Below, in pieces: positions 48,588 through 57,603 of a stretch of DNA of 64,000 nt. The position numbers and the translations under genes are program-made. The notes beneath the pieces are model-generated. The model was given only the letters and a program-made list of their open reading frames with translations, was not told the DNA's origin and searched no databases. Position 1 is the stretch's first letter. Each line of letters starts with the position of its first letter. The stretch comes from a virus (lineage: Duplodnaviria > Caudoviricetes): the IMG/VR virus record IMGVR_UViG_3300044712_000496, positions 330 through 64,329 of that record, one strand, 5' to 3'.

Positions 48588-49228
48588 TTCGCCTTCCTCA
48601 CACCCACAGCGGCGAACGCCTTGTAGTCCACTCCTGCCGGCGGGGGGTTGGGCCTCGCGCCGGTCTTTTCATCCTGGTCCCCCATGACTTCGAGAATCGC
48701 TGTTTTGTTGACTGCGTGGTTGAGGAGTTCCAGATGGAGGGCTGCGCGAATGAGGTCCGAGAGATCTTCTTGAGTATGTGCTGCTGGATCATAAACCTCC
48801 ATGACCTTCGCAACAACTGGCCCGACCAGCTCGGACTCGACAAACGCATCCCAGTTCGCTACGCTCACCGATTCCTTCCTCGTCTTGTAGACAGTCCCGA
48901 AGTCGGTGGCGATGGACTTGCCCACCCGAGACAGCATCTTGAGGAGCCACGCCTCGATCTTCTCCTGAGCAAGACCTATCTCGCTCTTTTTCTTGTCCGC
49001 CGCGGCCTTGCCGTCACGGCCATTGATGAACAGGTCGGTCATGAAACCGAAGATCTCATGGTCCTCGTGCTGGAGGAGGAAATCCTCTCGGGCTTTCTGG
49101 TAAGTCTCAAGTTGTGCGAGTTCCATCATGTGCTTCGCCTTGAGCTGATTTATTTGGTATCGTGTCTCGTTGTACTTCTCAACTACCTGCTGCGTTGTGG
49201 GCATCTCGGACATTTTCATATCCTCCAT
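48584..49228 (-). CDS. Conserved replication-region protein
   Basis: TDFGTVY...VANWDAF...PPAGV...VGVRK. Confidence 0.65.
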   Translation of the reverse strand: MEDMKMSEMPTTQQVVEKYNETRYQINQLKAKHMMELAQLETYQKAREDFLLQHEDHEIFGFMTDLFINGRDGKAAADKKKSEIGLAQEKIEAWLLKMLSRVGKSIATDFGTVYKTRKESVSVANWDAFVESELVGPVVAKVMEVYDPAAHTQEDLSDLIRAALHLELLNHAVNKTAILEVMGDQDEKTGARPNPPPAGVDYKAFAAVGVRKAK

Positions 49229-49253
49229 GTGTCGTTCTCTACTCTTGTAAATC

Positions 49254-49283
49254 ATATTACCACAACCCCAATTATTTGTCAAG
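49254..49283 (-). promoter_or_regulatory. Promoter (near-identical copy of 57604-57633)
   Basis: TTGACA-17 bp-TAATAT; 28/30 identical to the other copy. Confidence 0.8.
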
Positions 49284-49292
49284 TAATTTATT

Positions 49293-50840
49293 TTATTCCC
49301 CCCGTTTTATCATGTCCAGAATAATATCCTGAAGTCTGGTTTTTTCCTGTAACGCCTTGTAAATCCTCCGTTCTGTCGGGGTTGCGGAGATCATGGCGAT
49401 GTCGATTTTTGCTTTCTGCCCCCCACCGTCGATCCGGGCGTTTGCCTGGACGAACAGCTCGTTCTTGTTACACGGGGCATACCATATTATAAGCGAGGCT
49501 GCGGTTAATTCAAGTCCGTGTGCCATCGTGCCGGGGTGGGCGAGGAGAACATGCGGTTTGGCGGACATCTGGAAATCCTGGAATATGGCGTTCCTATGGT
49601 TCGCAGACGTGCGCCCGTCCACGATGGCGACTGACCATTTCTTTTTCAGCTCTTTGGCCAGGGCGTCGAGAACCCCGGTGAACGGGACGAATACCAGAAC
49701 CTTCTCCTGGTTCTCCTCGATCAGCTCCTCCAGAACCCGCAGCCGGGGACCGAAATCCAACTTAACCACGCATCCGAACGAGTCATAGACGCAGCCGCAA
49801 GCGGCCTGGGTGACTTTGGATATCATCACGGCGGCATTGACCGCAGTTACCACGGACCCGTCTATCTCGGTCTGGGCCTTTCGGATGATCTCATTGACGG
49901 CCTTCTTCTGGCCCTCGGTCAACTCAGCATTACGCTCTATGATCGTAGGCTCCATGTCAGTCACGACATCTCGGGTGAACCTTATGGCCGGCGAGAGGAG
50001 TCTCTTCACCCACTCCTCGGCCCCGCGCCGGGGAGCCCATTTGAAAGGGCCGAGCTGCATCATGGTCTCGGATTTGAACCGGGTGAACGTGCCTTTGAAG
50101 TTCTCGGGTTTGACGATCTTCATTTGCCGGTAGGAGTCTGTCGGTTCTTGCGGCGTTGGCGTCCCTGTCAAAGCCCAACAAGCCCGCTCGGGAGTAACCA
50201 CTGCCTTCATTGCCTTGTACCGATTGGTGTTGTTCCTGAATACTGCACTCTCGTCGATTATTACCAGATTGATGTCCGTCCGCTGGTTGATCTCATCAAC
50301 AAGGATCTCTATGCCATCGTGATTAATGATATAGAAGTCATTGGGTTCCGCTAATAACCTACGCCGCCTTTCGGCTGTGCCGTAGAGAACCGCGAACCGG
50401 CGATGGGGGAAGTGAAAGAATAGATGATCCCCCCACACCCTCTCCAGGGTGGACAACGGGGCAACTACCAAAACCTTATGAGCGACGCCCTTCTGTATGA
50501 GATAATCAGCGGCCCAAAGGGTCGAGAGGGTCTTCCTGGTCCTCATTGTTGAAAGATTAAAGGCCCGAGGGTAGAGGGTCAGGAACTCGGCGGTGTCGAT
50601 CTGCCACCAGCCGGGAGTCATTCCTGCGCGGATGGGCCAGTTGTATTCTGTTCTAATAGGCGACGGGGCATCTATGTCCATATTCCGCAGCACCCTCGCC
50701 GCTTCGAGACTCTGCTGCACGGCAACATAGACCTTACCCCCGACCTGGACGCTCTTTGCCATCGGCAGCACGGACTGGATCTGTGCGTAGTTCTGAGGGA
50801 CAAAAATCAGATGGTCTTTAGCAACCGTGCAAGGAATCAT
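49293..50840 (-). CDS. SNF2-family helicase
   Basis: MRTRKT (Walker A variant), IIDES, LTGTP, HGLELTAA and QANARI. Confidence 0.88.
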   Translation of the reverse strand: MIPCTVAKDHLIFVPQNYAQIQSVLPMAKSVQVGGKVYVAVQQSLEAARVLRNMDIDAPSPIRTEYNWPIRAGMTPGWWQIDTAEFLTLYPRAFNLSTMRTRKTLSTLWAADYLIQKGVAHKVLVVAPLSTLERVWGDHLFFHFPHRRFAVLYGTAERRRRLLAEPNDFYIINHDGIEILVDEINQRTDINLVIIDESAVFRNNTNRYKAMKAVVTPERACWALTGTPTPQEPTDSYRQMKIVKPENFKGTFTRFKSETMMQLGPFKWAPRRGAEEWVKRLLSPAIRFTRDVVTDMEPTIIERNAELTEGQKKAVNEIIRKAQTEIDGSVVTAVNAAVMISKVTQAACGCVYDSFGCVVKLDFGPRLRVLEELIEENQEKVLVFVPFTGVLDALAKELKKKWSVAIVDGRTSANHRNAIFQDFQMSAKPHVLLAHPGTMAHGLELTAASLIIWYAPCNKNELFVQANARIDGGGQKAKIDIAMISATPTERRIYKALQEKTRLQDIILDMIKRGE

Positions 50841-51055
50841 GAACGTCTTTCTCTGAGATGCTCAGTAGCGAGTTCCCTTATCTTAAAATATTCCTCAGTT
50901 CCCAGTGGAGCTCCCTTTGCATATATGATGTTGTTGATCTGTTCCAACCGTTGCCCTAGAAGCGACAAAGGCATTATGAGAGCGACCACATCCGAAACAG
51001 TCGCTCCGTTTGCACATGCTTCCACAATTTTACCGGCTAAGAGTGTAGGTTCCAT
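50837..51055 (-). CDS. Hypothetical protein
   Basis: Coupled 72-aa ORF. Confidence 0.5.
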   Translation of the reverse strand: MEPTLLAGKIVEACANGATVSDVVALIMPLSLLGQRLEQINNIIYAKGAPLGTEEYFKIRELATEHLRERRS

Positions 51056-51056
51056 T

Positions 51057-51410
51057 TTAGTCAGTTCCTTTCATTATACGATCTACTGCCCATCTCCACT
51101 GTCTTATCTCCTCAAGATCCTTCAGTTCGTCTATGACGAAGGCCACAGCCCCGGTCCCGTAGGTCAGCTCAATAGCCTGGTTCTGCCTGGGCGTGGGTTT
51201 CTCCCCAGGAGCCTTGGTCTCGATGCCGAAGAACTTCCCCTTGTAATGCCCGATGTAGTCGAGATAAGACACCCCGTAGCCGGAAGGAACAGGCATCCAG
51301 TAAAAGCCCTGCGGGTTGAAAATCCCGCCTTTCCCCCCCAGTTTTACAAGGTGCAGCTCCCGCTCCAGGAACTCGCTCACGAATTTCTTAACTCGGCCTT
51401 CGGGGGTCAC
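51057..51410 (-). CDS. VRR-NUC domain nuclease (putative resolvase)
   Basis: TPEGRVK...LDYIG...IETKAPG.KPTPRQ. Confidence 0.85.
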   Translation of the reverse strand: MTPEGRVKKFVSEFLERELHLVKLGGKGGIFNPQGFYWMPVPSGYGVSYLDYIGHYKGKFFGIETKAPGEKPTPRQNQAIELTYGTGAVAFVIDELKDLEEIRQWRWAVDRIMKGTD

Positions 51411-51559
51411 TCACACCTCATGGAAAAACCAACAGTCAAAAGCAACGCTGAAGCAAAGGACATGAACACAAAGAGGAAACGATCCTGGGGCAAACACATT
51501 ACAGCGATTAACCCATAGAAGAACCCGAAGAACAAAGCTACGCCTCTAAGAACTTGCAT
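51407..51559 (-). CDS. Small 2-TM membrane protein
   Basis: Manual translation MQVLRGVALFFGFFYGLIAVM... Confidence 0.45.
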   Translation of the reverse strand: MQVLRGVALFFGFFYGLIAVMCLPQDRFLFVFMSFASALLLTVGFSMRCE

Positions 51560-51571
51560 GATTACCCCCCC

Positions 51572-51760
51572 TTAAAAAACCTGCTCCCAATGCGCCCTGA
51601 ACTTCTCCCCACAACCTCCGCATCTCACGAACTGCTTGGGGGGACTGTTACCCTTAAGGAAGATCCTTCGATATGTAAAACGACATCCAGGGCAAGTACC
51701 CACATGAACTTCTGCGTTGCGGTAGATTTTTACCGTAAGGGTCGATAGTTTTTTCCTCAT
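51572..51760 (-). CDS. Zn-ribbon protein
   Basis: CPGC...CGGCG. Confidence 0.5.
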   Translation of the reverse strand: MRKKLSTLTVKIYRNAEVHVGTCPGCRFTYRRIFLKGNSPPKQFVRCGGCGEKFRAHWEQVF

Positions 51761-51762
51761 TT

Positions 51763-52020
51763 TTAAACATCCCCATTCTCTTTCCTTTTCCCTTCTTCAT
51801 AGGGAATTACCTCCAGGCAGAAGAAGACCATGAAGGCCAGGATCTTCGCTCGATCTAAAGACCCAAGAGTGGGAAATAAGTTCCCCAAAAAACGCTCAAC
51901 CGTTCCCCACCGAGGATTCTCCCTCCATTGCTCCATCAGCTTCTTATACTGAACGTAGCACCTATCCCCCGGTATCGACATATCAGGATTCTCTCTATGC
52001 GCCAAAGTCACGAATGGCAT
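51763..52020 (-). CDS. Conserved phage protein
   Basis: PYEEGKRKENGDV C-terminal motif. Confidence 0.65.
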   Translation of the reverse strand: MPFVTLAHRENPDMSIPGDRCYVQYKKLMEQWRENPRWGTVERFLGNLFPTLGSLDRAKILAFMVFFCLEVIPYEEGKRKENGDV

Positions 52021-52021
52021 T

Positions 52022-52252
52022 TTATTTCTCCTTTAAATCTTTGTAAAACCGTGCTGGCTCTGTACTCCCATCCTTCAAACCCTTAACAATTTCCGGCGGG
52101 GGCCAAACCACACGCCAACGGCGCATCCTGCATGATCTCGTCAGAAAACCAGCCCCGAAGAACGAACGCAGAAACATAATGTCCTCATTGGGTACTCGCC
52201 AACGTATGTAGAATCGTCCTGTTGGGGACCATGTGAATTGTATTTTAACCAT
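52022..52252 (-). CDS. Hypothetical protein
   Basis: 76-aa ORF in the operon. Confidence 0.5.
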   Translation of the reverse strand: MVKIQFTWSPTGRFYIRWRVPNEDIMFLRSFFGAGFLTRSCRMRRWRVVWPPPEIVKGLKDGSTEPARFYKDLKEK

Positions 52253-52652
52253 CGCTCCCCTCCTTCAATTCCTTAACAACCGTTGCCAGCTCGTAGTGAT
52301 GCCGGACCTCGGGGAGATGGTGGAAGATGTTCTCCTTCGGTCCGACTACAAAAACAGTCTTTCCCGAAGCGATGGCGAAGCCGGTCTCGACGTGTCTCCC
52401 GCCCCGGACTGTCGGAATAAGAGGGTCCACTGAGAAGAGGAGAAACACATCGGCCCGTTCAATATCGGCCAGATCATCGACAGCAAAAGACACCAAATCC
52501 TCTCCCGCAACCTGATCCATCGTCACGCTCGGGGAATATTTCTCGTCCAGCCACCGGGAGGTTATCGTATGCCCCTCGTTCTCAAGATGTGCGGCGACCC
52601 GCTTCATGTCCTCTTTCGCGGAGTACCGTGCCGCGATGTAAATACTAGCCAT
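52245..52652 (-). CDS. Nucleoside 2-deoxyribosyltransferase-like / nucleotide N-glycosidase
   Basis: IYIAA...DLADIERADV...GGRHVETGFA. Confidence 0.75.
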   Translation of the reverse strand: MASIYIAARYSAKEDMKRVAAHLENEGHTITSRWLDEKYSPSVTMDQVAGEDLVSFAVDDLADIERADVFLLFSVDPLIPTVRGGRHVETGFAIASGKTVFVVGPKENIFHHLPEVRHHYELATVVKELKEGSDG

Positions 52653-52686
52653 TTTGAGAGTCCTTATGTCGGTAGATCACACAAAT

Positions 52687-53220
52687 CTACCGAGGAAGAG
52701 TAACATCCTCGCTCACAAAAGCGTCCTTCGCCACCGGATACCGCTCAATTATCTCCGCCGCTTGTTTGTTCAACTCCCGCAGCCAGTCCGGGTCGCTCTT
52801 GGGGGGCCGGTCGTCCACTACGTTGCCTCTCATTATGCAGTCCCGCACAACGGTCAGACAGGCAATGGCCTTCGCAAGATGATGGATCCCCGAGTCCGGG
52901 TCGATGTCCTGGCCCTCCCAAAAAGCATCGAGATGGCGTTTACAGGCATCGTAATAGACACTGACCCTGACTCCCGCTACGCGGTAATTGTGCCGCCCGT
53001 ACTTCCTCGCCCCTTCGAGCATGGCGAGCCCGACCTCCGCGATAACAGGAGCGGGGATTGTTGAGTAGGGAACCTTCTTCGTGCCTACGGCGTCCTTGGG
53101 GTTTGTGTCTTTCGTTTCAGGGGGAGGCTGAACATCTAAGCTCTTGCAAACGGAGCACTCACAACGCGAAGGATCCAACCCTAAAGGTCCCCCCAATTTC
53201 TGAAACCACGACTTTTCCAT
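52687..53220 (-). CDS. dATP/dGTP diphosphohydrolase (DUF5664)
   Basis: TNPKDAVG.KK...EGARKYGRHNYR...RHL...DPDSGIHHLAKA. Confidence 0.85.
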   Translation of the reverse strand: MEKSWFQKLGGPLGLDPSRCECSVCKSLDVQPPPETKDTNPKDAVGTKKVPYSTIPAPVIAEVGLAMLEGARKYGRHNYRVAGVRVSVYYDACKRHLDAFWEGQDIDPDSGIHHLAKAIACLTVVRDCIMRGNVVDDRPPKSDPDWLRELNKQAAEIIERYPVAKDAFVSEDVTLPR

Positions 53221-53225
53221 CCTCA

Positions 53226-54203
53226 TTACCCCCTCCCGCAATGCGGGCATTCCCGGTTCCCACAATACTGCCGGCAGAGTCCGTTGGTCTGTTTCCTGAA
53301 GCTCTCGTTGTTCCATGCCTGTTGCATCTGGTTGACAGTGGAGAGGAACCCGGCCCATTTCTCCTGGAGCTGTTCCCGGTTGAGCGGGGCTGGAAGCCCC
53401 AAGACTTTGTTGTACTTGAGGAAGATCAGTTTCCCATCGAAAGTCTCGATCTCAGGTTCTAGCCATGAGGCGAAGATCAGCATGAGTTCAATCTGGGCAA
53501 CGTCGTCTTTAATCTTCCCTGTCTTCCAATCATAGACCACGACTTTTTTCTTATGGCGTTGAAAAACCAGGACATCACCCTTGCCCCGGACCCAGACAGT
53601 GTTCCAGTCTTTCCACCCGCAGGGTTTAAGATCCTCGGTGAAGCACATTTCCCTTTCAACCATGAGTTCAGCCCCGGAGTTTTTCGCATTGAGAAGGGCG
53701 TTCAGATATGGCTCGCTCCCGCTCTCGTCGATGATCTTCTTGTCACCACTCGACAACTTCGCCCCTTTGAGGGCTTTCTCGTTCGCTTCGTGGACGCTCT
53801 GACCCCACCGTTGCTGTTCGGTCTCGGCTTCCTTGATGGTCTTGTAGAAACGCTTCGCTGCCCACATCGCGGGGCAGGTAATGAACTCCTGCATTGACGT
53901 ATAGGACCATGTGAATCGGGGGCGTTGAACGGCAACGGGGGTTGCCGCTTCTTTGGTTTCGCCCCACGGAGGACGGTTGTAGATCTTCGTCGCCTGGAAC
54001 TGATCCATGACCGGAACGGGAACCTTGCCTATGATGTTCGACGCAGCCTGGACGTCCTTCTGCCATGCGAGCCATAAGTCCCTTTGAATGACATTCTTCC
54101 GGTCGGGTCCACCCCACAGATTACCCACAAGATCCACGACCGGAAGCGTAGACGCCCCGATCTCCTCGAACTTCAGTTGATGCAGGAAAACAAAATGTGC
54201 CAT
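53226..54203 (-). CDS. PD-(D/E)XK (Cas4-like) exonuclease
   Basis: WSYTS...CP...GD...YDWKTGK...LCRQYC...CPHC. Confidence 0.8.
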   Translation of the reverse strand: MAHFVFLHQLKFEEIGASTLPVVDLVGNLWGGPDRKNVIQRDLWLAWQKDVQAASNIIGKVPVPVMDQFQATKIYNRPPWGETKEAATPVAVQRPRFTWSYTSMQEFITCPAMWAAKRFYKTIKEAETEQQRWGQSVHEANEKALKGAKLSSGDKKIIDESGSEPYLNALLNAKNSGAELMVEREMCFTEDLKPCGWKDWNTVWVRGKGDVLVFQRHKKKVVVYDWKTGKIKDDVAQIELMLIFASWLEPEIETFDGKLIFLKYNKVLGLPAPLNREQLQEKWAGFLSTVNQMQQAWNNESFRKQTNGLCRQYCGNRECPHCGRG

Positions 54204-54247
54204 TTTGGAAAGTCCTTTGGGGGAGGGGGCCGAAACCCCCTCGGTTT

Positions 54248-54493
54248 TTACTTCTTCTCTTCCTTCTTGATCTTCTTCTGGAGTTCCTCCGCTTCCTTCT
54301 GGAGCGGAGCGAGCATCTTCTTGAACTCCGCCTGGAGCTGCTGCATAGCGACCTGATAACGGAACTGGATCCCGTCGATCTTCAACGCCAGGTCGTCCAG
54401 CTTCTCCTGGTCCGGGTTAACCGGGTTCTCCGCGGCGATAGCCGCAGACGCGAAAATCAGCAACATCCCCATCAGAACTGCAAATCTCTTCAT
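54248..54493 (-). CDS. Secreted coiled-coil protein
   Basis: GGAGG RBS; MKRFAVLMGMLLIFASAAIA-A leader. Confidence 0.65.
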   Translation of the reverse strand: MKRFAVLMGMLLIFASAAIAAENPVNPDQEKLDDLALKIDGIQFRYQVAMQQLQAEFKKMLAPLQKEAEELQKKIKKEEKK

Positions 54494-54629
54494 GTTGGTT
54501 CCTCCAATTTTTATTATTATTATTCTTCCCACCTGCACCGGCACTCTTCGCCGCTCAACACCGTGGTTTGACATTTCGTACAAAAATACTCGCTCTCCAT
54601 CCCGTCCGGGGAACTTCGTCTGTAAAGTT

Positions 54630-54920
54630 TCATTTTGGGCCTCCTTCACGTTCCTCCAAAAAATCATACAAAGCGTCGTCGAAGCGGGCAGGGTGGATAA
54701 GTGTTTGATCTATACCACACAGATCATGTAAAAATTCCTGCCACCACCCTTGCTTCTGCGCCCATTCCCAACGAATACCGAATAATGCCCATGAATCTAC
54801 ATAGCCGATTGCGCTTCTGAATGAGTCTCCAGGGAAAGCAGCATAAATCATCCCCCTGTCGTCAATACGGACATTGGTGTAGCCCATCGCCTCGGTTAAG
54901 AACTTATCTCTTTCGCTCAC
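54630..54920 (-). CDS. Hypothetical protein
   Basis: RDKFLTEAMG...WEWAQKQGWW. Confidence 0.6.
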   Translation of the reverse strand: MSERDKFLTEAMGYTNVRIDDRGMIYAAFPGDSFRSAIGYVDSWALFGIRWEWAQKQGWWQEFLHDLCGIDQTLIHPARFDDALYDFLEEREGGPK

Positions 54921-55078
54921 TCCTCCACCCCTCCCCTCAATGCCCGTTTGTACGCCTCAATCCGCAGCTTCTCCACGTCAACTTGTTCGGTTTTAATTGA
55001 GAGAGGAGCGACATAAAAAACCGCAAGAGCGACCCCACAGAGGATGACCGAAGCCAGGAACAGCTTGACGCCTCTCAT
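54917..55078 (-). CDS. Small membrane protein
   Basis: N-terminal TM; ATGA overlap with the polymerase stop. Confidence 0.45.
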   Translation of the reverse strand: MRGVKLFLASVILCGVALAVFYVAPLSIKTEQVDVEKLRIEAYKRALRGGVEE

Positions 55079-56457
55079 TTCACATAGCTCCTTCCCCATC
55101 CACCTTCACTCGCCAAAGGCAAGTCCGGCGCCCAGGACGGCGGGGTACTCATTATCTCGCCCATCCGGTGATATGTCCGCTCGGCGTCGCTTTCTTTTGC
55201 GGCAACCAAAATTTCATCATGAACCGTCAGGACGACCTTCATCCCTTCGTCACGCATTCTCAACATAGCGTCGGTCATTATGATGCGGGACAAAGCCTGG
55301 TCACAGTTTTCATCGACCTTCCCGCCGTATAGCTTCTCCCGCTCGCCCTTCTTCCTGTTCTTCAGTATCGAATACTCGGTCCTTCGCCCTCTTGTCTCCC
55401 CTTGCAGCTCGACATAGCGAATTATCATGCCGTTGGGGAGGAGAATACCCTCCGGGACTGTTCGCAGGACGTTCTTGGGGCCGATGGGCTTGCGCTCACC
55501 CTTGAGAATCCAGCCGAGGGCATCCTGGCACTCGTCCCAGAACGCGGGGACCGCAGGGTTGTTGTCTCGGAAGAGCTGAATTATCTTCTGGGCGCAAGCA
55601 CAGTGCAGGGAGTGGGTGTTTATGTCCATCCCTGGTGGGAGGGTCGCGTTGATGTATGCGGCGTTCCTGAACTCAAAGGCTCGCTGGTCAACTCCGAGGG
55701 GGGCGGCGATAGCGTCTCCGAGGATGCGTCCCTTGTCACCAAGCATCCCGACTCTCAACATGCTTTGGTATTTCTTCCACCCGAGCCCATAGCCGCAGTT
55801 ATGAACGAGGATATACCCATCGTCGGAAACCAAGGTGAAGCGGTGGTCCGGGCCGGTATTCAACAGATCGAAGGTCGGAAGTTTTTCGTGGAAGATCGTG
55901 GGCCTATAGGCCACCGACGATATTTTAACGGTCGAATGTGCCGCTCTCCAAAACAGATGGTCGTTAGCTATTTTTTCCCAAGGAAACCAGCCATAGGGGG
56001 TTGCAATCTCATGGTCAGGGGTAGCTGTGACCCCACCCTTCTCAATTACGTCCTTCCGCCCCTTGCGGATCAATCCTTCATGGGACACCCAGTTGTTGCC
56101 ATCCCAGACCTTGTGCTTGGCGGTGATGTTGCACAACTTAACAACCCCTGTGTCAGTGAGAACTCTGTTGTCTCCGGTCAAACAACCGAGAACCACAGTT
56201 TTCCCGAGGAACCGTTCGTTCTTTTCTTTTTTTGTGATCTCCGCCCCGGTCATGGTTTTATACATCTCGCAGTAAAGATCCTTGCCTTCCCGGTATGCCT
56301 GGACCTTATCCTCCTGGCCAGCGAGCCAGAAGTTCACCCGCGCCTCAATAGCTGACAGATCTCGAACAACAATCACATGACCCTCGGGAGCCTGGAGCGC
56401 ACGACGCAGGGGGGAGACTCCGGTTCCGGCGCATTTTTCACAGGGGCATTCAGACAT
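55075..56457 (-). CDS. DNA polymerase A, C-terminal (palm/fingers) part, intein-containing
   Basis: Motif A DLSAIEAR, motif B RFLGKTVVLG/CGYG, motif C TVHDE. Confidence 0.9.
   Translation of the reverse strand: MSECPCEKCAGTGVSPLRRALQAPEGHVIVVRDLSAIEARVNFWLAGQEDKVQAYREGKDLYCEMYKTMTGAEITKKEKNERFLGKTVVLGCLTGDNRVLTDTGVVKLCNITAKHKVWDGNNWVSHEGLIRKGRKDVIEKGGVTATPDHEIATPYGWFPWEKIANDHLFWRAAHSTVKISSVAYRPTIFHEKLPTFDLLNTGPDHRFTLVSDDGYILVHNCGYGLGWKKYQSMLRVGMLGDKGRILGDAIAAPLGVDQRAFEFRNAAYINATLPPGMDINTHSLHCACAQKIIQLFRDNNPAVPAFWDECQDALGWILKGERKPIGPKNVLRTVPEGILLPNGMIIRYVELQGETRGRRTEYSILKNRKKGEREKLYGGKVDENCDQALSRIIMTDAMLRMRDEGMKVVLTVHDEILVAAKESDAERTYHRMGEIMSTPPSWAPDLPLASEGGWGRSYVK
55798..56184 (-). mobile_element. 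Mini-intein (129 aa) in PolA motif B
   Basis: G|CLTGDNRVLT...ATPDHEI...FDL...ILVHN|CGYG; no endonuclease domain. Confidence 0.9.
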
Positions 56458-57550
56458 TTATTTTCCCACTCCCATCGCAGATCGTACAACTTCTGCTTAG
56501 ATTTTGAAGGTTTATGCGGTCCATCCCACCATACCGTCCGGTATGTGCCTTGTAGTAGCCTAAAGGAACCGGCAGGTTGCCCCGAGAAGCAATACCCAGA
56601 AGCCGTTGGGTCCGGGTCTCTTTGATGGTGCTTTTCACACCCAGGCGGGCCTCGACAAGAGCCCTTATCTCCTCGTCCTCGCTATCCAGGAGAGCTTTGA
56701 ACTCCTCGTCAGATTTCGAGAATGCGTAGGCCCATCCTTCCTTGCTCTGCTCCGCAGAGAGCAACCCGACCGGCGGCTCGCCCATTGTCTCGCTGCTGAT
56801 CTCCCCGCGCTTCACTTTCGCCATTGATAGTTTTTTGGGCGGGTCAATACCAAAACCCAGTAAAAGAGACGCAAACTTAGGATTGGAGGACAGCAACTCC
56901 TTATCCGCTGAGACTCTTGCGAGTAGATCTTCTTTTCTTTTTAACTCGTCTTGGTGGGCCCCTTTAAGAATCTCGGAATTGAGTTCCAGGATCGGCTCGG
57001 TGAACATGCGAATGGTCAGATCAATGAGTTTCAGTTCGGAAGGGGGGAAATGACCGCGAAGAAGATTAAAGACATTCCAAGTATCAGTACAGTCATATCC
57101 GCAATAAGTAGCGCAATCTCGGTATAATTCCGGGGGTAGCGTTTCGAATCCTTTGGTAGCCGTGACATTGAACCCTCGTCCTTTCTCCGGGAGACCCAGA
57201 ACGCGCAGGATGTTTGAAAGAGAGGCGGATTCCGCCGGATAGATCGCCCTGAACATGGACATGGTATCAAACCAGAACCCAGGATGAACGCCGTAGTGGT
57301 ACGAAAGAATAAAGCCATCGAAAGCAGCGTTCTGTGCGATTACCCCGGTCTCCGCCCAATTTATCTTCGAGAAGACCGCTTCGATTTGACGTGCGGGGAC
57401 AACGACGGGCTTCCCTCCCCCGACTTTAAGCCCGACCATGTGGGCGTGGAACCTGGGGTCTCGGACGTATGCCTCGTTCGTCATCTTCGAGAGGGTGTAG
57501 TCCGCCGCCCAGTAGGTCTCGAAATCCAATGTAAGGAGGTTTTTTATCAT
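56450..57550 (-). CDS. DNA polymerase A, N-terminal (3'-5' exonuclease/thumb) part
   Basis: LDFET (ExoI), QNAAFD (ExoII), YCGYD (ExoIII), HTGRYGG...NLQNL. Confidence 0.9.
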   Translation of the reverse strand: MIKNLLTLDFETYWAADYTLSKMTNEAYVRDPRFHAHMVGLKVGGGKPVVVPARQIEAVFSKINWAETGVIAQNAAFDGFILSYHYGVHPGFWFDTMSMFRAIYPAESASLSNILRVLGLPEKGRGFNVTATKGFETLPPELYRDCATYCGYDCTDTWNVFNLLRGHFPPSELKLIDLTIRMFTEPILELNSEILKGAHQDELKRKEDLLARVSADKELLSSNPKFASLLLGFGIDPPKKLSMAKVKRGEISSETMGEPPVGLLSAEQSKEGWAYAFSKSDEEFKALLDSEDEEIRALVEARLGVKSTIKETRTQRLLGIASRGNLPVPLGYYKAHTGRYGGMDRINLQNLSRSCTICDGSGKINV

Positions 57551-57603
57551 TTGAGGGTCTTGATTTCTCTCGTTGTTTGCTCTTTTTCTTAATTGTGTAA
57601 ATT

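Noticed and set aside
53226-54203. Cas4 as evidence of a CRISPR-Cas system
   Set aside because: A stand-alone Cas4-like PD-(D/E)XK nuclease is a normal part of phage replication modules.
56419-56488. Split intein or group I intron at the polymerase break
   Set aside because: There are no intein N/C motifs at the break and no intervening sequence. The only intein is contiguous and lies 91 codons into the second gene.
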